Source of the DNA: an uncultured cyanobacterium
Lineage (GTDB): Bacteria > Cyanobacteriota > Cyanobacteriia > Cyanobacteriales > Cyanobacteriaceae
Assembly (NCBI GenBank): GCA_963749915.1
Contig: CAVVOP010000022.1
Span: forward strand, 352,001-416,000
Length of the DNA: 64,000 nt
Reading direction: 5' to 3'
Shown: piece after piece, positions 61,278 to 64,000 of the stretch
Position numbering within the stretch: the stretch's first letter is position 1
Layout: each line of letters begins with the position of its first letter
The notes under the pieces: model-generated
The model's database searches: none
Seen by the model: only the letters and a program-made list of their open reading frames with translations
Told to the model about the DNA's origin: nothing
Made by a program: the position numbers and the translations under genes

Positions 61278-62414
61278 ATGTCAATTCGTGTTGGTTTTTT
61301 ATCTGCTCACAATTATTTCGATCGTAATTCTTGGTCGGGAACAATCTATAATATGTATCAGAATTTAAAAAGTCAAAATGTAAAACTTATTGATTTAGGC
61401 AATCCCATTAAGGCTTCTGTTTGGAGAACAATAATGAGTAAAATGGCGAAATTAGAATATAAACCTCCAGTAGCATCAGAGGATTATATTAAAAAATATC
61501 AAAACTTTGCCTATAACGTAAATGAACAACTAAAGAAAAATCCTTGTGATGTTATTTTTGCCTGTGTCGCTTCACAAGAAATATATTTTTTGGAAACAAA
61601 TATTCCCGTACTATATTCTTCAGATACTACTTTTAGATTGTATGATGGCTATTATAGGTCAGATTTTAGCAAAAAAGAATGGGAATGGCGAGAAACCGTA
61701 GAATCTATCGCCATCAACAAAGCCCATACATTAGTTTATCCTTCACAATGGGCGGCACAATCAGCGATTAATGATTATCAAGCAGATGTTAATAAAATAA
61801 AAATCATTCCCTATGGTGCAAATTTAGATAATCCTCCTAAGAGAGAAGAAGTTTTACAAAGAAGAAAATCTCTTTCTCCTTGTCGTTTACTATTCATTGG
61901 TAGAAATTGGCAAAGAAAAGGGGGTGATATTGCGGTAGAAACTCTAAAGATTTTGAATAATAGAAATATTGACACAGAGTTAGTCATGATAGGTAGTGTT
62001 CCCCCATCTCCCATTGATGATCCAAAATTGAAGATAATTCCCTTTTTAGATAAAAATTCCTCTCAACAAAGACGGAAATTTGAACAATTATTTTGGGAAT
62101 CCAATTTTTTACTGTTTCCCACTCGTGCGGATTGTTCACCTATTTCTATTTGCGAAGCCAACGCATTTGGTCTTCCCGTTATTAGTAGCAATGTGGGCGG
62201 TATTCCAGATATAATTACTGAAGGTAAAAATGGTTATTTGATGGATGTTTCTGCTACAGCAGAAGATTACGCTAATTCGATTCAACAATTGATCGATAAT
62301 CCTGATGATTATGAGGAATTAATGATCAATGCGAGAAATGAATATGAAACTCTTTTAAACTGGGATGTATGGGCAAAGGAAATATATTCAATTATGGAGG
62401 ATACTCTCAAGTGA
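61278..62414 (+). CDS. GT4-family glycosyltransferase
   Basis: WSGT, WQRKGGD, ADCSPISICEANAFG. Confidence 0.9.
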   Translation: MSIRVGFLSAHNYFDRNSWSGTIYNMYQNLKSQNVKLIDLGNPIKASVWRTIMSKMAKLEYKPPVASEDYIKKYQNFAYNVNEQLKKNPCDVIFACVASQEIYFLETNIPVLYSSDTTFRLYDGYYRSDFSKKEWEWRETVESIAINKAHTLVYPSQWAAQSAINDYQADVNKIKIIPYGANLDNPPKREEVLQRRKSLSPCRLLFIGRNWQRKGGDIAVETLKILNNRNIDTELVMIGSVPPSPIDDPKLKIIPFLDKNSSQQRRKFEQLFWESNFLLFPTRADCSPISICEANAFGLPVISSNVGGIPDIITEGKNGYLMDVSATAEDYANSIQQLIDNPDDYEELMINARNEYETLLNWDVWAKEIYSIMEDTLK

Positions 62415-62953
62415 ATATTGATCAATTGATGGCTAGTCGACAAAAATTAAATAAAAACCCCGAAATCTCAGCAACAGAAGCAGATTGGAGTCGAGAAAAA
62501 ATAGAAAAATGGTGGACTCCTTCTAAGCAACTACTAAAATCCATTCGTCAATATCAAAAATGGCAATTAAAATCTCATATATTTGCTAAAATTGTCCAGG
62601 GGTGCTGTGTTCTCCAACATCGTTTTTGGACTGTAGTAACTGGTGCGGATATTCCCTTGAACTGTCAACTCGGAGGAGGGTTGGTTTTGCCTCATCCTAA
62701 TGGTGTCGTCATTCATCCTAGTGCCCAAATTGGCCCCAATTGCACTATTTTTCAGCAAGTTACTATTGTTACTAAGGTTAAAATTGGAGGTCACGTAGAT
62801 ATTGGCGCAGGGGCCAAAATTCTCAAAAATGTCACCATTGGTAATCATACTAAAGTTGGGGCAAATGCGGTGCTGAAAAATATTGATATACCAGAAGGAG
62901 CCCTTGCGGTCGGTATTCCTGCTCGGGTCGTGAAACAAAAATCTGTGGGATGA
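62411..62953 (+). CDS. Serine-acetyltransferase-like hexapeptide O-acetyltransferase
   Basis: PHPNGVVIH, IFQQVT, IGAGAKI, VGANAV, VGIPAR; GTG 62411 overlaps upstream stop; last codons come from IS1 IR. Confidence 0.85.
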   Translation: MNIDQLMASRQKLNKNPEISATEADWSREKIEKWWTPSKQLLKSIRQYQKWQLKSHIFAKIVQGCCVLQHRFWTVVTGADIPLNCQLGGGLVLPHPNGVVIHPSAQIGPNCTIFQQVTIVTKVKIGGHVDIGAGAKILKNVTIGNHTKVGANAVLKNIDIPEGALAVGIPARVVKQKSVG

Positions 62954-63129
62954 GAGTATGATAGAAAAGTAGCATAAGGACACCAGCGTTATAAATGTCC
63001 TCAATGTGGTAAAACTTTCCCTGAACATTTTGACACTCTTTACTATAACCGCCATCTCAGTCCGACTGAAGTTCACACTATTCTCCAATCTCACGCCGAA
63101 GGAAGTAGCCTGAGAGGAGTGAGTCGAAT
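62926..63129 (+). mobile_element. IS1-family left-end fragment
   Basis: GGTCGTGAAACAAAAATCTGTGGGATGAG IR; GHQRYKCPQCGKTF...GSSLRGVSRI near-identical to the 56890-57394 copy; start region deleted. Confidence 0.88.
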
Positions 63130-63511
63130 TTTAATAAAAGACAAATGGTTAATAACCCATGACCCTTATACTATTAGTTTTGGTGGAGTTAATATGGCAG
63201 TAGTGGATTTAGGGGCAGAGAAATTAATAGCCGCCATGAAAGATAACCAAAAAATTGCCGTGGAAATTAAGAGTTTTTTGGAGAACTCTTCAGCTATTTC
63301 CGAATTCCACACTGCTTTGGGACAATTTATTAATTATCGGGCAGTTTTAAAGCGAAAAGCGCCTGAAAGAATTTTATATTTAGCTATTCCTAGTTTTAGT
63401 TATGACACTTTTTTTTCTTTAGAGTTTCCTCAATTAATGATTAGAGAAAATCAATTAAAACTGATTATTTTTGAGCCAAGTGAAGAGGTAATATTAACGT
63501 GGATAAATTAA
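63119..63511 (+). CDS. xisH: XisH-family protein, N-terminally truncated and joined to IS1 sequence
   Basis: KD.W.ITHDP, DLGAEK, IAVEIKSF, EFHTALGQFINYR, LYLAIP. Confidence 0.88.
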   Translation: MSRILIKDKWLITHDPYTISFGGVNMAVVDLGAEKLIAAMKDNQKIAVEIKSFLENSSAISEFHTALGQFINYRAVLKRKAPERILYLAIPSFSYDTFFSLEFPQLMIRENQLKLIIFEPSEEVILTWIN

Positions 63512-63834
63512 CAAAATATTCTCAATTAATTAAAGATATTTTAATAGAATATAGTCAATATAAACCAGCCACTAATGACTTAGAAATCGAAGCTATTTTT
63601 GATGAACAAAGAGGACATTATCAGGTAGTTACCTTTGGTTGGGAAGGTAAAAAATATGTCCATTATTGTCTAATTCATATTGATTTAAAGTTGGATAAGA
63701 TTTGGATTCGGTGGAATATGACAGAAAAAGATATTGCCGAAGAATTAGTAGAATTAGGTGTCCCTAAACAAGATATTGTAATTGGTTTTCATCCTCCTTT
63801 AATGCGTAAGCTTACAGATTATGCGGTAGGATAA
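63499..63834 (+). CDS. xisI: XisI-family protein
   Basis: MDKL..Y, HYQV...GW, HID...KIWI, TE..IA.ELV..GVPK.DIVIGFHPP..R. Confidence 0.93.
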   Translation: MDKLTKYSQLIKDILIEYSQYKPATNDLEIEAIFDEQRGHYQVVTFGWEGKKYVHYCLIHIDLKLDKIWIRWNMTEKDIAEELVELGVPKQDIVIGFHPPLMRKLTDYAVG

Positions 63835-63865
63835 AAAAGATCATTGTTTTGTATTTCTTGAATCA

Positions 63866-64000
63866 TCATTTTAATTTTTTCTTAGTAATTTCATTGATTG
63901 TAAGTTTTACTTGTTTTTGCCATGATTTCAAACCTAGTTTACGAGAAATAAAGTCCGCTAAAAATAAAGATAAACCCAAACTTTTAACTCTAAATAGCAC
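63866..64000 (-). CDS. 3' end of an unidentified gene entering from beyond the window
   Basis: Open frame VLFRVKSLG...EITKKKLK-stop, 44 codons to the window edge. Confidence 0.4.
   Translation of the reverse strand: MLFRVKSLGLSLFLADFISRKLGLKSWQKQVKLTINEITKKKLK

Overview
AT-rich cyanobacterial chromosomal DNA (about 18 HIP1 GCGATCGC octamers spotted by eye, heptamer tandem repeats; Cyanobacterium/Geminocystis-like by inference). 1-21.9 kb is mostly housekeeping: birA fragment, cutA, parA-like, dppB-like, exoD, hisZ, pepA, an rbcR-nnrU/Z-ISO-trxC-psb35 block, a histidine kinase and rfbC-rfbD-rfbA. 21.97-50.69 kb is a visibly GC-richer, co-oriented minus-strand island of 18 genes: three large modular proteins (G8 plus CEMIP/TMEM2-like beta-helix, FG-GAP propeller, a second beta-helix type, six malectin and six cadherin-like modules in total), seven sulfotransferases, six glycosyltransferases, a Wzy-like membrane protein and a free beta-helix paralogue. 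It looks like a sulfated-glycan synthesis locus coupled to its own glycan-binding/remodelling surface proteins, with a thrice-repeated ~100-bp upstream element, a canonical NtcA class II promoter and a candidate structured leader. 51-57.4 kb holds decayed IS630, ISL3 and IS1 elements plus hoxW-like/hypA/hypB. 57.5-63 kb is a second glycan-modification cassette bracketed by outward-facing IS1 remnants, followed by xisH/xisI. All calls are from motif recognition only; no searches were run.
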